Positions 12,150 to 35,057 of a stretch of DNA of 64,000 nucleotides are shown here, in pieces. How positions within the stretch are numbered: position 1 is the first letter of the stretch; every line of letters starts with the position of its first letter. This DNA is from a bacterium (GTDB taxonomy: Bacteria > UBA8248). The notes under the pieces were generated by a model, which was given only the letters and a program-made list of their open reading frames with translations, did not search any database and was not told where the DNA came from. The position numbers and the translations under genes were made by a program. The stretch lies in assembly GCA_965213685.1 (NCBI GenBank), contig CBDBZY010000064.1:1088001-1152000 (forward strand), written 5' to 3'.

Positions 12150-13670
12150 ACTCCTGATGAGATCTCAGATCTGCTTGCAGTGAGGAGGAGGTAGAATTTC
12201 TTCTTTCATTTGTTGACCCCAACAAAGCCACTGGTCCTGATGGCATTATCAGCAAAAATGCTGAAGTCAACAGCCGCTAGTATTGCACCTGCAGTTACAG
12301 CAATCTTCACTTTGCCTCTGATTCAGGGTTGGTTGCCTATAGAGTGAAGAGTAGCTCACGTCATACCAATACCCACGTCTGAACAACTATCCAGTCCTAC
12401 TAACTACAGACCTGTTCCTTTGCTCTCTATTGCGAGGAAAAGTATGTGCAACTCATCTACTTGACAATTTTCAGGACTACCCCTATCTCTGCTCAACAAT
12501 GGGGCTTTCCTGAAGAAGTCCACTACTGGTGCTCTATATACTATAGCAACATATGCATGGCATATGGCTCTTGAAGCAGGAAAGGATGTTTGTTGTGTAA
12601 CTTGACAAAGGCTTTTGATAAGGTTCCACATTTACCTCTGCTACAAACACTTGCTGAATTTGGTTATGACTATGATTATCAGAGGTCCCAGTTTGTAGTT
12701 GTGAATGGTGAGAGGTGGAAGTGCCCAAATTGTCATCTCCTGAGTACCTCAAGGATCTGTGCTTCTCTTCATCATCTACTCGGATGGAATAACACAACTT
12801 CCACTTCATGATGGATCTCGTTTATTGCTCTATGCTGATGACATTTCACTGTATCACAAAATACAAGTTCAAGTGGACTATCAACATCTGCAACAGGATA
12901 TTGCTACTCTGGAAGCATGACTACAATGAATGCTACCAAATGTAAGTACATGGTTTTGTTGAGGAAGCACAATCCCATCAGTCCCACACATCACTTAGCA
13001 ATCTGTGGAACTCCTATAGAAAGTGTTTTTGAGCTTAAATACTTAGGAGAGTCCTTGTTATTCATCTTGGAAATTTCATATACTACAGATATTTAAGAAG
13101 GCTACTCTGGAAGCATGGCTGCATCAAAAATACTTGCAATTGAATGCTACCAAATGTAAAACACCATGCCATTTATTCCGCACATCACTTAGCAATCTGT
13201 GGAGCTCCTATAGAGAGGTTAAGTACTGAGGAGTGTGCTTGACACAGACATGTCAAGTGACCCGCCTTTCGCGAGTTGGGCACGGTCAAACCCGCTAACC
13301 CGCAACGTCTATCTATAAACCCGCATTTGCGGGGAAACGTTTTAAAATGCTTCAAATGATTATTTTTGAGTAAAATATGGTTTTAAATACTAGTTTTATC
13401 GGTTCAAATGCATATTGACGACGTAAAGGGCGCGTGAACGCCAGAATATTCGCGCGAAACTGCGAAGAAAAGGGGGCGTGTCTATCAGGTTTGCGCGCGC
13501 GGTAGCAGGGTGAACGCCGGCGGACACCCGTTCAGACATCACAACCTTGGCATGTCTGTTGTCACGCAATTCATCTTGGAAATCTCATATACTACAGATA
13601 CCTAAGAAGGCTAGGAAACAAGCAGGTATTATTTGTAGAACCTTCTATACAGATCCTGACTACTTGAAGC
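12150..13670 (+). mobile_element. Degraded L2/CR1-group LINE reverse transcriptase
   Basis: Broken frames give KATGPDGI, NYRPVPLL, QQWGF, LTKAFDKVPH, LYADDI and NATKCKYM. It has an internal duplication and nested insertions. Confidence 0.85.
13245..13558. mobile_element. MITE (hAT-like) nested in the LINE
   Basis: TIRs CAGACATGTCAAG and CTTGGCATGTCTG; imperfect 6-bp flanks TTGACA/TTGTCA. Confidence 0.65.
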
Positions 13671-13678
13671 TATTGTAT

Positions 13679-14866
13679 CAGAGAGTCGGTAGACTCTCTA
13701 TGTAGGGATGGCGCCGACACTCCCATAGTGCGCGTACATTGGAAAGCCTTCTTAACTCGCGAATACTCGCGTTTTAAGCCTTTCTCGGCACGCGAATGGC
13801 CTATTCGACCGCTTCTCTACCCAACGATACCCCACAAGTAGCTAGAATGCATTCCTTGACTTACTGCCAGATAATGGACGAAAGGTGATTTTGTTTTTCT
13901 TTCTTATTCTTCTTCTTCTTCTTTTCTTACGAGATTTCTTTCAAACGACTTTACTCGAAAGTGGCTGAAGTAATCACCATAGTTCTTTCACAGATCTACT
14001 GTAATCACTACGAAGTATGATCTCTGCTAACAAAATGTTAGTATCTTCTCTACTATGGGCAGAATCTAGAACCCCAGACAACTTTACCATATTTGGAAGC
14101 CATTTTCTAATAATTATTGTCACGTGGCGCAAATTGTAAGCACGTGAGGGCGGGCCTCGCGAAGCCACGCCTATTAATTTCTCGATGGCCAAGGCTACTC
14201 GTCTTTTGTCACTGAAAAGAGCGCGTTCTTACTTCGCCGTACGATTGTACAACGAACGTTAATGTAACTGGTATGAGTTAGCTAGTCAGATACACTGAGG
14301 AAACTACTCTAGCTCAGGACTTTTTAGAGGGGCTCAGCCAGGCTCCCAACTTCGTAAGTGACAGAACACGAGGTTTACCCACTCGTATCTCCGCCGCTGA
14401 CTAGTAGCAATGGCTGCTCTGATCACTGATATGTTTGTTGGATTTTGAATGAAACTTGTAAGAACATTTTGTGTACTATTGTACAAGAAAAAGTATACAA
14501 ACAAGTATGAAAAACATTTTCCAAAAATGTAGAGGGATGTAGGGATGGCAGTGCCAAAAACCACAGAAACTAGGTGTAGAGATGGCAGTGTACAGGCAAG
14601 ACAGGATATAAAAAGACTACACAAGCAACCCCATCCCTACATCTTTCTTTTTTCTCACCGCATGGCATTGATTTTCCCAGAATTGTCATAGCTAAACTCA
14701 CAGAACAATTTCAAGGGGAAAGAAAGATGTAGGGATGGGGTTGCTTGTGTAGTCTTTTTATATCCTGTCTTGCCTGTACACTGCCATCTCTACACCTAGT
14801 TTCTGTGGTTTTTGGCACTGCCATCCCTACATCCCTCTACATTTTTGGAAAATGTTTTTCATACTT
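13679..14866 (+). mobile_element. Non-coding ~1.2-kb repeat with a small 5' stem-loop and a 148-bp-arm 3' hairpin (Helentron/DINE-1-like architecture?), copy A
   Basis: Begins AGAGAGTC-ggta-GACTCTCT and has an internal (TTC)n tract. Perfect inverted repeat at 14503-14650 / 14719-14866. Collinear with 38591-39770. Confidence 0.8.
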
Positions 14867-15489
14867 TATCTATACTGTTGCTGTTTAGCGAATAGCGTTG
14901 GTGCTCAGCATATACCGCTACTGTTTTATTTATTATACACACACCACTAAAGGTGAAAACGTACAACAAAAAAGAACAGAAAATAACAACAGTGTAGCTA
15001 TATAACATCGTCAAGTGGAGAAAATCGACCAAAAACAATTCTGCAATATCGAATGACTTCAGCACACAGCATATCCTCAGAAGAATACATTTTTATATGT
15101 CGATGACCAAAATTGAAGTTATAACCGGTGAAGGAATATGCACACTGAGATGCTTCTTTGAAGACATACTTAACAAGTGGCGAGAGAGATGATCAGCGCG
15201 AGAAAGCATAGAATTAAACCTCATAATATTATACAACATATTAGACACTGAGGCATAAATTGGGGGGGCTGACAGAGCGCAAAGCCTTTAAACACTTTGG
15301 GGAGGAACTTATATGTCAGCAAGAATCAGGCCTAAAATATTGAGGGGGCTCTGCCCCCTCCAGAATAATATTGGGGGGGCTCCAGCCCCCCCAACCCCCC
15401 CCCCTTCCTACGTCTATGTACTACCATACAAAATTGCTAGACAAGATAGTTCTTTACAAAGAGATCTGCGAATGGAAATACACACTGAA

Positions 15490-16090
15490 CAAAGTTAGCG
15501 TAGAGTCATATCTTTTGTTGCCCTTATAATATCAGATGTATCATCCAAATTGTAAGACAGTACATGCCCGAGACAAGTGATTGTGTCCATGAAGTCCAGA
15601 GCAATACCACCAAAGTTAATACAATCTTTACATGAAGATGAGAAGGACAAACCAAATCTGATTAATTGAGTCTTTTCTGCATTGAACTTGAGGCCATTAG
15701 ATAGTGCGAATTCCTCACAAGTTTTAGCATAATTCGTAAAGCAGATGGACTCGGAGCTAGTAAGGCTATGTCATCTGCATAACATACTGCACCAATGACA
15801 TGAGTCCCCCAATAACATCCACAGACAGCTTCTGCAATAATTACACAGCAAACAACACAGGAGACAACACACTATCTTGACGAACACCATTAGAAACAGA
15901 AAAGGAATGAGATACACAAGAATTTCAGTGAACACACATGATGACTGCTATACCAACTTAGGAGAAAACGAAGAATAGGATTTGGGAGACCACGAGAATG
16001 AAGAATATAAAAAAATATGCCATGATCCACCAAATCAAATGCTTGGCTTGTATCTAAAAAGCAGCAATAAACCTTAGATCCTTTATAGAA
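15490..16090 (-). mobile_element. LINE reverse transcriptase fragment (L2/RTEX-like)
   Basis: Minus strand gives GSKVYCCFLDTSQAFDLVDH, SNGVRQDSVLSP, GAVCYADDIALLAPS and FNAEKTQLI; frameshifted. Confidence 0.75.
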
Positions 16091-16499
16091 ACAATATTCT
16101 ATAGAGGTGGCCAGTAGCGTCTCTGTTTAGTATATACCGTTTCTGTTTAGCCAGTAGCGTTGGTATTTAGCCAGTGACGTTGATGTTTAGCAAATAGCGT
16201 TTGTGTTTAGCGAATCCAGCGGATTTCAGTTCCGTTCCCCAGGCGCGCGTATTGTACATGTGCGTGTACGTGTATTGGGCGTGGTGTACGCATTGCTCGA
16301 AACAACTTTTCATGTGTGTTGGACTGTTTACGAAAAAAGAGAATGTCCGCTGAACCAACCAGAAGAATTAGGGAACGCCAAATGGGACAAAAATTGGACA
16401 AAAAGCGAGGGTTCATTCGTATACCTGTGAAATTGTCGAATGTCGTGCAAAGGGACGCGAATGTCGTTTAAATAGAATCGATGATTCGAACGCGTAGCC

Positions 16500-16730
16500 T
16501 ACGAAATCGGTGGTCAACCGCAAATCGAGTGCCCATCTGAAAACGAGTGCCGTTTTGAAATCGAGTGCCTATTTGAAATCGGCGGCCTACAGTGTCGATT
16601 TAACCGATTGAAAACGAGTACCGATTTGAAATCGAGTGCTTATTTGAAATTGGAACTCCGATTTGAAATGGGGTACCCATTTGAAAATGAGTGCCTATTT
16701 GAAATCGAGCGTCTACCGTAAACGTTCGAA
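16500..16730. repeat. Degenerate array of GAAATCGAGTGCC-like units
   Basis: About ten imperfect copies of (TT)GAAA(T/A)CGAGTGC at ~19-nt spacing; probably the subterminal region of an unidentified DNA element. Confidence 0.6.
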
Positions 16731-16774
16731 TTACAGCGCCAGAAAAATTACATTTTCACCTTGGCGCGTATAAT

Positions 16775-17600
16775 ATTAATAATAATAATAATAAATTTTA
16801 ATGACATTGAGAGGCCCAAGGTGGCCCATTAGTCATACAATAACAACACGCAACATTAGTGCAGTTCACACATGAAAGAGCCGTTGCTGTCTGTGATGGA
16901 GAGAACAATAGATATACCAGGCCAATTTTCTTATAACGCGAACATTGTCAAAAAGGTAGACCATTTTCTCTGTGGCAGACATTGCACTGAAACCAGGCTG
17001 ATGTTGTAATGCTGTGCCAAACAAATCTTGCTGAAACTGCTCCAAAGGTTTACAATCATGAATGAAATGACACTCATCTTCAACTTCTCCGCTCTTGCAT
17101 ACTGTGCAGTAACGCATGCGCGCGCAGTTCTGGTGAAATAGGAGGCTTATGGTACCTTCCAACTTCAATTTGCAAACCATGACAACTGGTTCGGAACCTG
17201 GCACGAGCTATTAAATGAGACCTATTAGTCACAGCTGACAGGTAGTGTTCCCATGCAAAGACTGTTTTGAAGGTACGATATGTTCGCAGTTTATTATTAC
17301 CTTCACTAACGCGGATGTCATTCCATAGATCGTCTGTCCATTTCGTAATAAAAGCTTCCTGTAAACACTGTCCAAACTCCTGCAAATTTATTTGACTTGC
17401 AGTAGTGTTCTGTCTTGGCTCATATTTCCTTAAAATTTCACATATGCTTCTATTCCAATTCTTCCAGAGGTATTCTTTAACAATTCTAGTGCATCCACAA
17501 CTAGACATGGTGCTGTGGTATGGATTCTCACATAATACTTAATTGCTCTATAAAAATTCCTTAACCACTGAGGGTAAGTGCCAGTTTCACCATACACTGT
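16775..17600 (-). mobile_element. RTEX-like LINE 3' end, 5'-truncated copy
   Basis: KLRTYRTFK..ARFRTSCHGLQIEVGRY..CTVCKSGEVEDECHFIHDC (CCHC finger), then a 3' UTR and (TTA)n tail. Confidence 0.8.
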
Positions 17601-19850
17601 TAATAATAATAATAATGACATTTAGAAGCCCAAGGTGGCCCTTTAGTCATACAATAACAACAACAACATACCACATTAGTGCAGTTCACGCATGAAAGAG
17701 CAGTTGCTGTCTGTGATGGAGAGAACAATAGATATATCAGGCCAATTTTCTTATAACGTGGACATTGTCAGACTCAAAAAGGCAGACCATTTTTCTGTGG
17801 CAGACATTGCACCGAAACCAGGCTGATGTTGTAATGCTGTGCCAAACAAATCGTGCCGAAACTGCTCCAGAGGTTTACAATCATGAGTGAAATGACACTC
17901 ATCTTCAACTTCTCCACTCTTGCATACTGTGCAGTAATGCAGTTCTGGTGGAATGGAGGCTTGTGGTACCTTCCAACTTCAATTTGCAAACCATGACAAC
18001 TGGTTCAGAACCTGGCAAGAGCTATTAAATGAGACCTATTAGTCACAGCTGACAGGTAGTGTTCCCATGCAAAGACTGTTTTGAAGGTACAATATGTGCA
18101 CAGTGTTTATTACCTCCACTAACACAGATGTCATTCCATAGATCGTCTGTCCATTTCATAATAAAAGCTTCCTGTAAACACTGTTCAAACTCCTGGAAAT
18201 TTATTTGACTTGCAGTAGTGTTCTGTCTTGGCTCATATTTCCTTAATATTTCACATATGCTTCTATTCCAATTCCTTACAGAGGTTTTCTTTAACAATTC
18301 TAGTGCATTCACAACTAGAAAATGACTCCTAGGTAACAATTATGATGACACTTGGTGTAATATGGATTCATCATATGTCCAGGTGAATGAAAAAGGTTGG
18401 TTTCCAAAAACTAACACTTTGGTTTTATTCTGGTTCACAGAAAGGGCCCATTCTAAACAATATTCATGAAGTACATCCAGAGCCGATTGCAAATCCATTG
18501 GATTATCTGCCAGTAAAACCGCAAACATTAGGCCTGGTATTCTACGTGATGCTAACATAACACCACTGCAACCCTTTAATGCATCTAGTAAATCACATGT
18601 AAACAGAGTATACAATATGGACACCCCTGCTGAACATCAACGTCACATCTGAAACTTTCTGTAGCGCCCCCTTCCAGTCGAATGCAGCATCTCGCTTTGG
18701 CATATGTATTTATGAGTAGGTTCAATACCTTCATACTCACTCCAATGCAGGATAGTTTTTGCCACAGTAAGTGGTGTTGCACTGAGTCAAAGGCCTTCTT
18801 AAAATCTACAAAGCAACAATAGAGGTTTTTACGCTTGGATTTTGCATTCTCTATCAATTAAGGCATTCAATATAAAAATTGCATCCACTGATCTGTGGTT
18901 ACCACGAAAACCAAACTGTTCCACTGGAATAATTCAGCCCACAAATAGAGCCTGTTTGATATAATAGCAAACAGAAGTTTAGCAATAACTGGTAGAAGTG
19001 TAATTCCTCTATAATTGTTGACATCCAATTGTCTCCACTCTTGTGGATTGGAACAATAATCCCAGTACACCAGTGATGAGGAATATGGCTTGTTTCTAGA
19101 ATTTTATTCCATAAATGAACTAATAGGTTCAAGTAGGGTTGGGGGAGCACTTTGTAAATACATCATAATACCATCCACTCCAGTGCTTTACCATTCTTCA
19201 TTTATTTTAAAACTGCACACAATTCATCTGTTGAAATTCTTGCATCGAGTATATCATCCATCACATTCGAAACTGGTTGAAATGTTGGGTATGTATTCCC
19301 CTTTGTTTGATGTAAACTCATTCCATTGATTCACGCTTCTTTAGCCTAGTCAGCTTCTTGAATTTCCTTTTCTCGTTGTAAAACAGCTCTCTGATGTGGA
19401 ATTTGTGAGATCTGACTTCCAATTATTTAAAGCTTGCTTGGTAACACGTTTCTGACTTCTACACTCATCATCAAACCAACAATTAGTTGGTCTCTTCGAA
19501 TTCTTATTTTTGCAGTAAATTAGTACTCCTGAGGCAAACTCTAACTCTTTGATGTGTGCTTCCAGCACTTTCAGTCACATTCAAACCATCTATGCTAGCT
19601 TCCAGTCTTTGCACCTGGTCTCTCATAGTAATGACCTCTAAAAAATGGTCCATCTTTGTAACATCAAGTTTGAAATGTCTGGAGTTTTTATCATGCTTGC
19701 TATGCTGTGGAGCACAAATAGAGCCTCCATGACTTTGGATAAGACAGTGGTCTGAAACAAGAACTGTAAAATACTTCCCTTCCCAGGTGGCGCATTAATT
19801 CGGGTGGCGCTTCCTAATTGCAACGAATCAGCGTGCACTAGTCCAGGCCC
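17601..19850 (-). mobile_element. RTEX-like LINE ORF2, degraded (endonuclease remnant, RT, CCHC)
   Basis: SDH endonuclease end, WFDDEC, NNYRGITLL, LYCCFVDFKKAFDSV, VQQGC and VNQNKTKVLVF; same 3' end and TTA tail as the adjacent copy. Confidence 0.82.
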
Positions 19851-19948
19851 GTGACCAGGTTTGTCTGAAAGGGGTTACATTTTTCGAGGAAACGTATGAT
19901 CAGAACAGTGCACATACTGCTATCCGAAGCTACAGGGGTCAAAGGTCG

Positions 19949-21010
19949 GCTTTTTCCCACTACAGTACTGCAAAGTGGAAAACCTTTTCTCACTACAGTA
20001 CTGCAAACTGGAGAACCTTTTCCCACTACAGTACTACTGCAAACCCAGAAACCTTTTCCCTCTCCAGTACTGCAAACTGGAAAACTACTACAGTACTGCA
20101 AACCCGGAAACCTCCCACAACAGTACTGCAAAACTGGAAAACCTTTTCCCACTACAGTACTGCAAAACTGGAAAACCTTTTCCCACTACAGTACTTCAAA
20201 CTGAAGAACCTTTTCCCACTACAGTACTACTGCAAACCCAGAAACCTTTTTCCACTATATACAGTACTGCAAACCCGGAAACCTTTTTCCACTACAGTAC
20301 TGCAAACCTGGAAACCTTTTCCCTCTCCAGTACTGCAAACTTGGAAAGTACAGTGATGTAAACCTGAAAACCTTTTTCCACTACAGTACTGCAAAACCCT
20401 ACTACAGTAACCTTCTTCCTCTCCAGTACTGCAAACTCTGAAAGTACAGTACTGTAAACCTGAAAACCTTTTTCCACTACAGTACTGCAAAACCCGGAAA
20501 CCTTCTCCCACTCCAGTACTGCAAACTGGAAAACCTTTTCCCACTACAGTACTGCAAACTGGAGAACCCTTTCCCACTACAGTACTACTGCAAACCTAGA
20601 AACCTTTTCCCACTACAGTACTGCAAACCCAGAAACCTTCTCCCACTCCAGTACTGCAAACCCAGAAACCTTTTCCCACTCCAGTGCTGCAAACCCGGAA
20701 ACTTCTCCCAGTCCAGCACTGCAAACTGGAAAACCTTTTTCCACTACAATACTGCAAACCTGGAAACCTTTTCCCACTACAGTACTGCAAACCCGGAAAT
20801 CTTTTGCCACTACAGTACTGCAAACCCGAAAACCTTCTCCCATTACAGCACTGTAAACTTGAAAACCTTGTTCTAATACGGTACTGCAAACCCGGAAACC
20901 TTCTCCCAGTGCAGTACTGGAAACTTGAAAATCTTTTTCCACTACAGTACTCAAAAACCCGGAAACCTTCTCCCACTCCAGTACTACAAACCCAGAAACT
21001 CTTTCCTACT
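19949..21010. repeat. Minisatellite, ~35-40-bp unit AAACCTTTTCCCACTACAGTACTGCAAAC(T/C)GG
   Basis: More than 20 imperfect tandem units; source of the repetitive ORFs here. Confidence 0.92.
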
Positions 21011-21365
21011 ACCTTTTCGTGCTCGCGAACAGCGCTTGCGCTCTACGTTGTGAATTGGGGATGCACGGAGTTGTAAACGGATTAACGACGAAAACCCAAC
21101 GCAGTTAGTGTAATAATTCCCAGTACGGAACTGGGCCTAGGTTTTCGAGCCGGGTGAAATCGCACTTTTGTAAGCGAAAGGGTTAACAGTCCTTGCTGCG
21201 AAAGGTCGGTTGCAGTCCCGTTGTACTGCTAGGCGCTTGCCTGGCTGGTCAGGCTCCATCTACCCTGTAACCACCACGTGAAATACACACGTAGGTATGT
21301 CTACCATGCATTGGATGTGCTTTTTGTCTGTGTCGGCTCACCCACTATTTGATTTTAGACCGATC

Positions 21366-31154
<9,789 letters not shown>

Positions 31155-32230
31155 CACTTTCAGACTACATATGTTGTATTTTTGTATGTCCATTGTAAAA
31201 TGAATGCTCTTTGTGGAAGCTAAGAGTCATACTGATGCATGAATCTCAAGATGAGCCTGCTAACAGGAAGCACAAGTACAACCTACATGTAAACCATATG
31301 ATGGGCCAACCTGCATGATCTAGCTGACACAGCAAGTGACATGCAGTTTCCTGTGCGTACATGCTACTGGGAGAACATGTACATGTATGTACGCCCACTT
31401 GCAGTGACATTCTAGTACCTCAAGAACAGTGAGCTTGATGAGACTTTGTCAGTTGTCATTTCAATGACTAGTCTGTGATATGTTAAAGAGGAATCAAAGC
31501 CAGCTAGCAGAGGCAGGGGATATAGAATAGCCACAAAACCAAGCAGGTGGAGGCAACGTCAACTGAAGATACCTCACCTGATACATGTAGCTCTGTCATC
31601 TAAGTCATGAAGTTAAACCATCACTGTCAAGATGATCCTGCATGGCCATCTAGTCCCAATGTAACTAGGCACAGGAGTAATACATGTACTTCCACTAATT
31701 GCCCATAATACTCAGTAGGGACTGTTCGTTAGAAATACATGTACTGGAGAAGATTATTCATAAATTCTGTCGTCTAAGTCCTGAAGTTAACCCATCACTG
31801 TCAAGAATAGTTTCTGGGCATATATTTCCTTCACAACACTTTAGACCCAGCGTTTAAATGAGGAAGGTGTCTATTCAAGCATAGATACTATATTATTTTA
31901 TTATAGTTTGTCATGTTTATTATGTTATTTTATATCCCTTATATCTGCATCATACAATTCTTTCTTTCCCACATATTGCTATACGTGTCCTGAGTCATGG
32001 TTCGTCCTACTACATTCTTATTTCATGTTTATTAATTTTTATTAATTTTTGATATATTATTTCATATCCCTTATATCTGCATCATACAATTCTTTCTTCT
32101 TTCTCACATGTTGCTATACGTGTCCTGAGTCATGGTTCATCCTACTGCATTCTTATTTCACAATTGGTTGCTATATCTGTCACCTGCTTTTGTCAGACAC
32201 ATTCCTGTGTCACCTTGTATTGTAGTCCAT

Positions 32231-32276
32231 GTTGCACTGAAGAAGGCTACTGGATAGTGGCTGAAACGTTTGATCC
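32231..32276 (+). ncRNA. Minimal type-I hammerhead ribozyme motif in a Penelope-like terminal repeat
   Basis: CTGAAGA a GGCTACT ggat AGTGGCT GAAAC GTT has a canonical core with a weak stem I; AATAAA lies downstream. Confidence 0.65.
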
Positions 32277-32357
32277 CTAGAAAAGAGTATTCTTGGCTAG
32301 AGTAATAACCAATAAATCGAGATGATTGCTCCACCTAGCCACACAGGACTATTCACA

Positions 32358-32890
32358 TTGTGTAGTCTTTATATAACTTGTCTTGCCTGCACACTGCCAT
32401 CCTTATACTGTGGGTTTTGGCACTGCCATCCCTATATTTGTCTACATTTTTGGACATTTGTTTATACTTGTGTGTGTGCTTTTCAGTTTGTTGTACAATA
32501 GTACACTAAATGAGGATGATATTCTTGCAAGCTTCTTTCAGAATGTGGCAAACAAATCGGTGATCTTACCTACCATAGCTAACACACTCCTTTCAGGCAC
32601 AAATCAGTGACCTACGTAGTAGCCTTTGCTACGTCTATATATCAAGTGGGAAATTAATAAGTGTGACTTCACAAGACCAGCCCTCTTGTGCTTACAATAT
32701 ATGCCACATGACAATTATCAGAGAGTCAGTAGACTCTATGTAGGAATGGTGTCGATGCGCCCGTAGTGCACATACATTGGAAAGCCTATTTAACTTGGGA
32801 ACACTCATGTTTTAGCCTTTCTCGGCATGCGAATGGCCTATTCCACCACTTCTCTATCCAACAATACCCCAAAAGTATGCCCAACAACAG
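32358..32890. mobile_element. Nested partial copies of the hairpin-ended repeat family
   Basis: A minus-orientation arm plus internal sequence (32358-32718) abuts a plus-orientation 5' end CAGAGAGTCAGTAGACTCT at 32719. Confidence 0.7.
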
Positions 32891-33009
32891 GATTTCAGAG
32901 CAATACAACAATGAGAGTAGTTTAAAAAAGCAACCAAAGAATAAAAGACATGTATGTGAAGAAAAACAAAAAATGAAAGAAAGAAACAAACAAAGAAACA
33001 GGAACAAAT

Positions 33010-34110
33010 TCTTAGTGAGAGTTTGTGACCTTGCCTTTACAGCAGGCAAGATCTATGCCATCACAATTGATTGGTCTTGCTGGGTAATGCATAGCTGATC
33101 GAGCTCCTCTCAAGCACATGATGGAGGATCGTAGGAGGGACAAGTTTGTGTCTGCATCTAATCCACTGCATTGTCTTGCTGTAGGGGCTGTTATGGTTTT
33201 CAGCAATGAGTGAGGCCAGTCTTTTGTAGACTACCACTGCAGTTGTTTCCATGCCTCTAGCAGTTGAGAACACCAGGGAAGAGAATCTTCCATGCTTTAT
33301 TTCACGGATCTGTTGGTCATATGCCCTTCTCTTCTCCATCTCATTCTTTTAAAGTGAGGTAATTGTAGTGGGTCTGTGGAAAGGGGTTGAATACCCTGAT
33401 ATTAAAAAATGCACATTGCCTACTATTTCCCTCAACAGCTACGTATATTGAGTTGAGCACCATCCTCTCGGTTTGCCATTCTGTGGGATAGCAATAGGCA
33501 ATACTGAAAGCCAACTGGAAGCACCTTTTTCCGAAGACACAGCTAATGCTCTCTGCAAATGTGTGGATAACTGGCTTGCAAATCAGCTGTCACTAGGATG
33601 AGTACTCTTGGCTCTGTTGTAGAATGAAAGCAACTAGAGGTGCACAGATCTCCTCAGACATCTGATTCAGGACTGTTGTCTGCTTGGAGGGGTCAACAAT
33701 TCCGAGTCCCCCTAATCTTGTTGGCAGAGCCATTAGTTCTCTGGCTACATCACTGAAGGGGCTTTGGCAAGTGAGAGATCACTTAATACAAGCAGGCCCA
33801 ATATATGGCTACTATCCCAATCCATCTAAAATTTGGCTGGTAGTCGAAAATGATTATCATGCAGAGGCAGCAACACTCTTTGAAGACTCTGGAGTGGCTG
33901 TCATATCTGAAGGCAGGAGACACCTAGGAGCAGACATTGGGAAGAAAACATTTGTGGAGAGTTACATCCAGCAGAAAGTCTTAACATGGACACATGAAGT
34001 GGAACATCTCGCTTCAATTGCTAAATACATGTATCACCCAGCCACATGCAGCTTATGCTGCCTTCATTTGTGGACTCAGTAGTAAGTGGTGGTATCTAGT
34101 GAAGAACCCT
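33010..34110. mobile_element. CRE-like (restriction-like endonuclease) non-LTR retrotransposon fragment with inverted 5' part
   Basis: Minus strand: ALPTRLGGLGIVDP, EKRRAYDQQIREI.HG.FS.LVFST, LLRSSIMCLRGARS. Plus strand 33750-34110: GPIYGYYPNPSKIWLVV, GRRHLGA, QPHAAYAAF. Confidence 0.8.
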
Positions 34111-34765
34111 CCCAGGGAAAGCTGATCTATATCAACAAGCAAACATTTCTTCCATACCATACTATATCCAGGTGAACTTAAGACCAATAATATCTGGACA
34201 GTAAATCCTCCCATCTTGGCTCCTCTGCTGATGGAGAGGTGTTCCAGTCGACCCCTAAAGGGGTTCTGACAGCATAAGATTTGGGGGATCTGCCTGTGAG
34301 ATTCGCCAACGACCACTGGTAGTACATAGGAAAGAATGGGGAGATAAACTCTTGTCCTGGGTAATGGCCTGGTGCTTAGTGTACTGGACTCCCAGTCTCT
34401 TGGTCCACATTTGATGCCCGGACGGAAGTTTATCCTTCCTTCCTTTCCTTCTTCACCTGTGTAAGCAGAGTAATTTTTACCATACCATCTCCAGGTGAAC
34501 TAAGACTTCCTAAATCCTAATACATGCAGAGTTACAACTACAAGATGTTATGCCCACTCATTGTGAGAAATGGTAGCCATACATATGTGGTTGAGAGCTA
34601 GTCCACAGTTGAGGTTGGGGTTTGGATGTGGATTATCTCCAATGTTTTCCTTCTCCATAAGTGGGGCTCAATCTCTCTGATCCTGGTGCCTTCCCAGTGA
34701 CTCTGACTCATTAACTTCTAACCTTTCCACTATGTAATACTCAAATGGCTGTTCTAGCATTGACC

Positions 34766-35057
34766 TAGTCTTTCAAGCTAGACCCTACTCCTAGCGCGAA
34801 GTGCAAGTAGGGTCTAGCAGAGGTCATTAAATTCTGACCAGTCAAATTCAGTAGAGCAGTAATTAGACGTAATATTATCCTCATGTTAAGTATGTGTGAA
34901 ACCACTGCTGGTGCCAATATAGGCCTACATAAAGTAAAGGTATGTGATAAGTGGCTGCATAAGGACATGTCAAACCTCTTGGGCAATGCATACTAATAAC
35001 ATCTGCTAGACCCTACTCACTCTTCGTGCTCGGAGTAGGGTCTAGCTTGATAGACTA
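34766..35057. mobile_element. AcademH-like non-autonomous element
   Basis: TIRs TAGTCT(T/A)TCAAGCTAGACCCTACTCC with an exact 9-bp TSD GCATTGACC (34757-34765, 35058-35066); each end is internally palindromic. Confidence 0.8.

Noticed and set aside
19838-21076. CRISPR-like array or Cys-rich repeat protein
   Set aside because: Units are contiguous degenerate repeats without unique spacers, no frame stays open throughout, and the context is eukaryotic.
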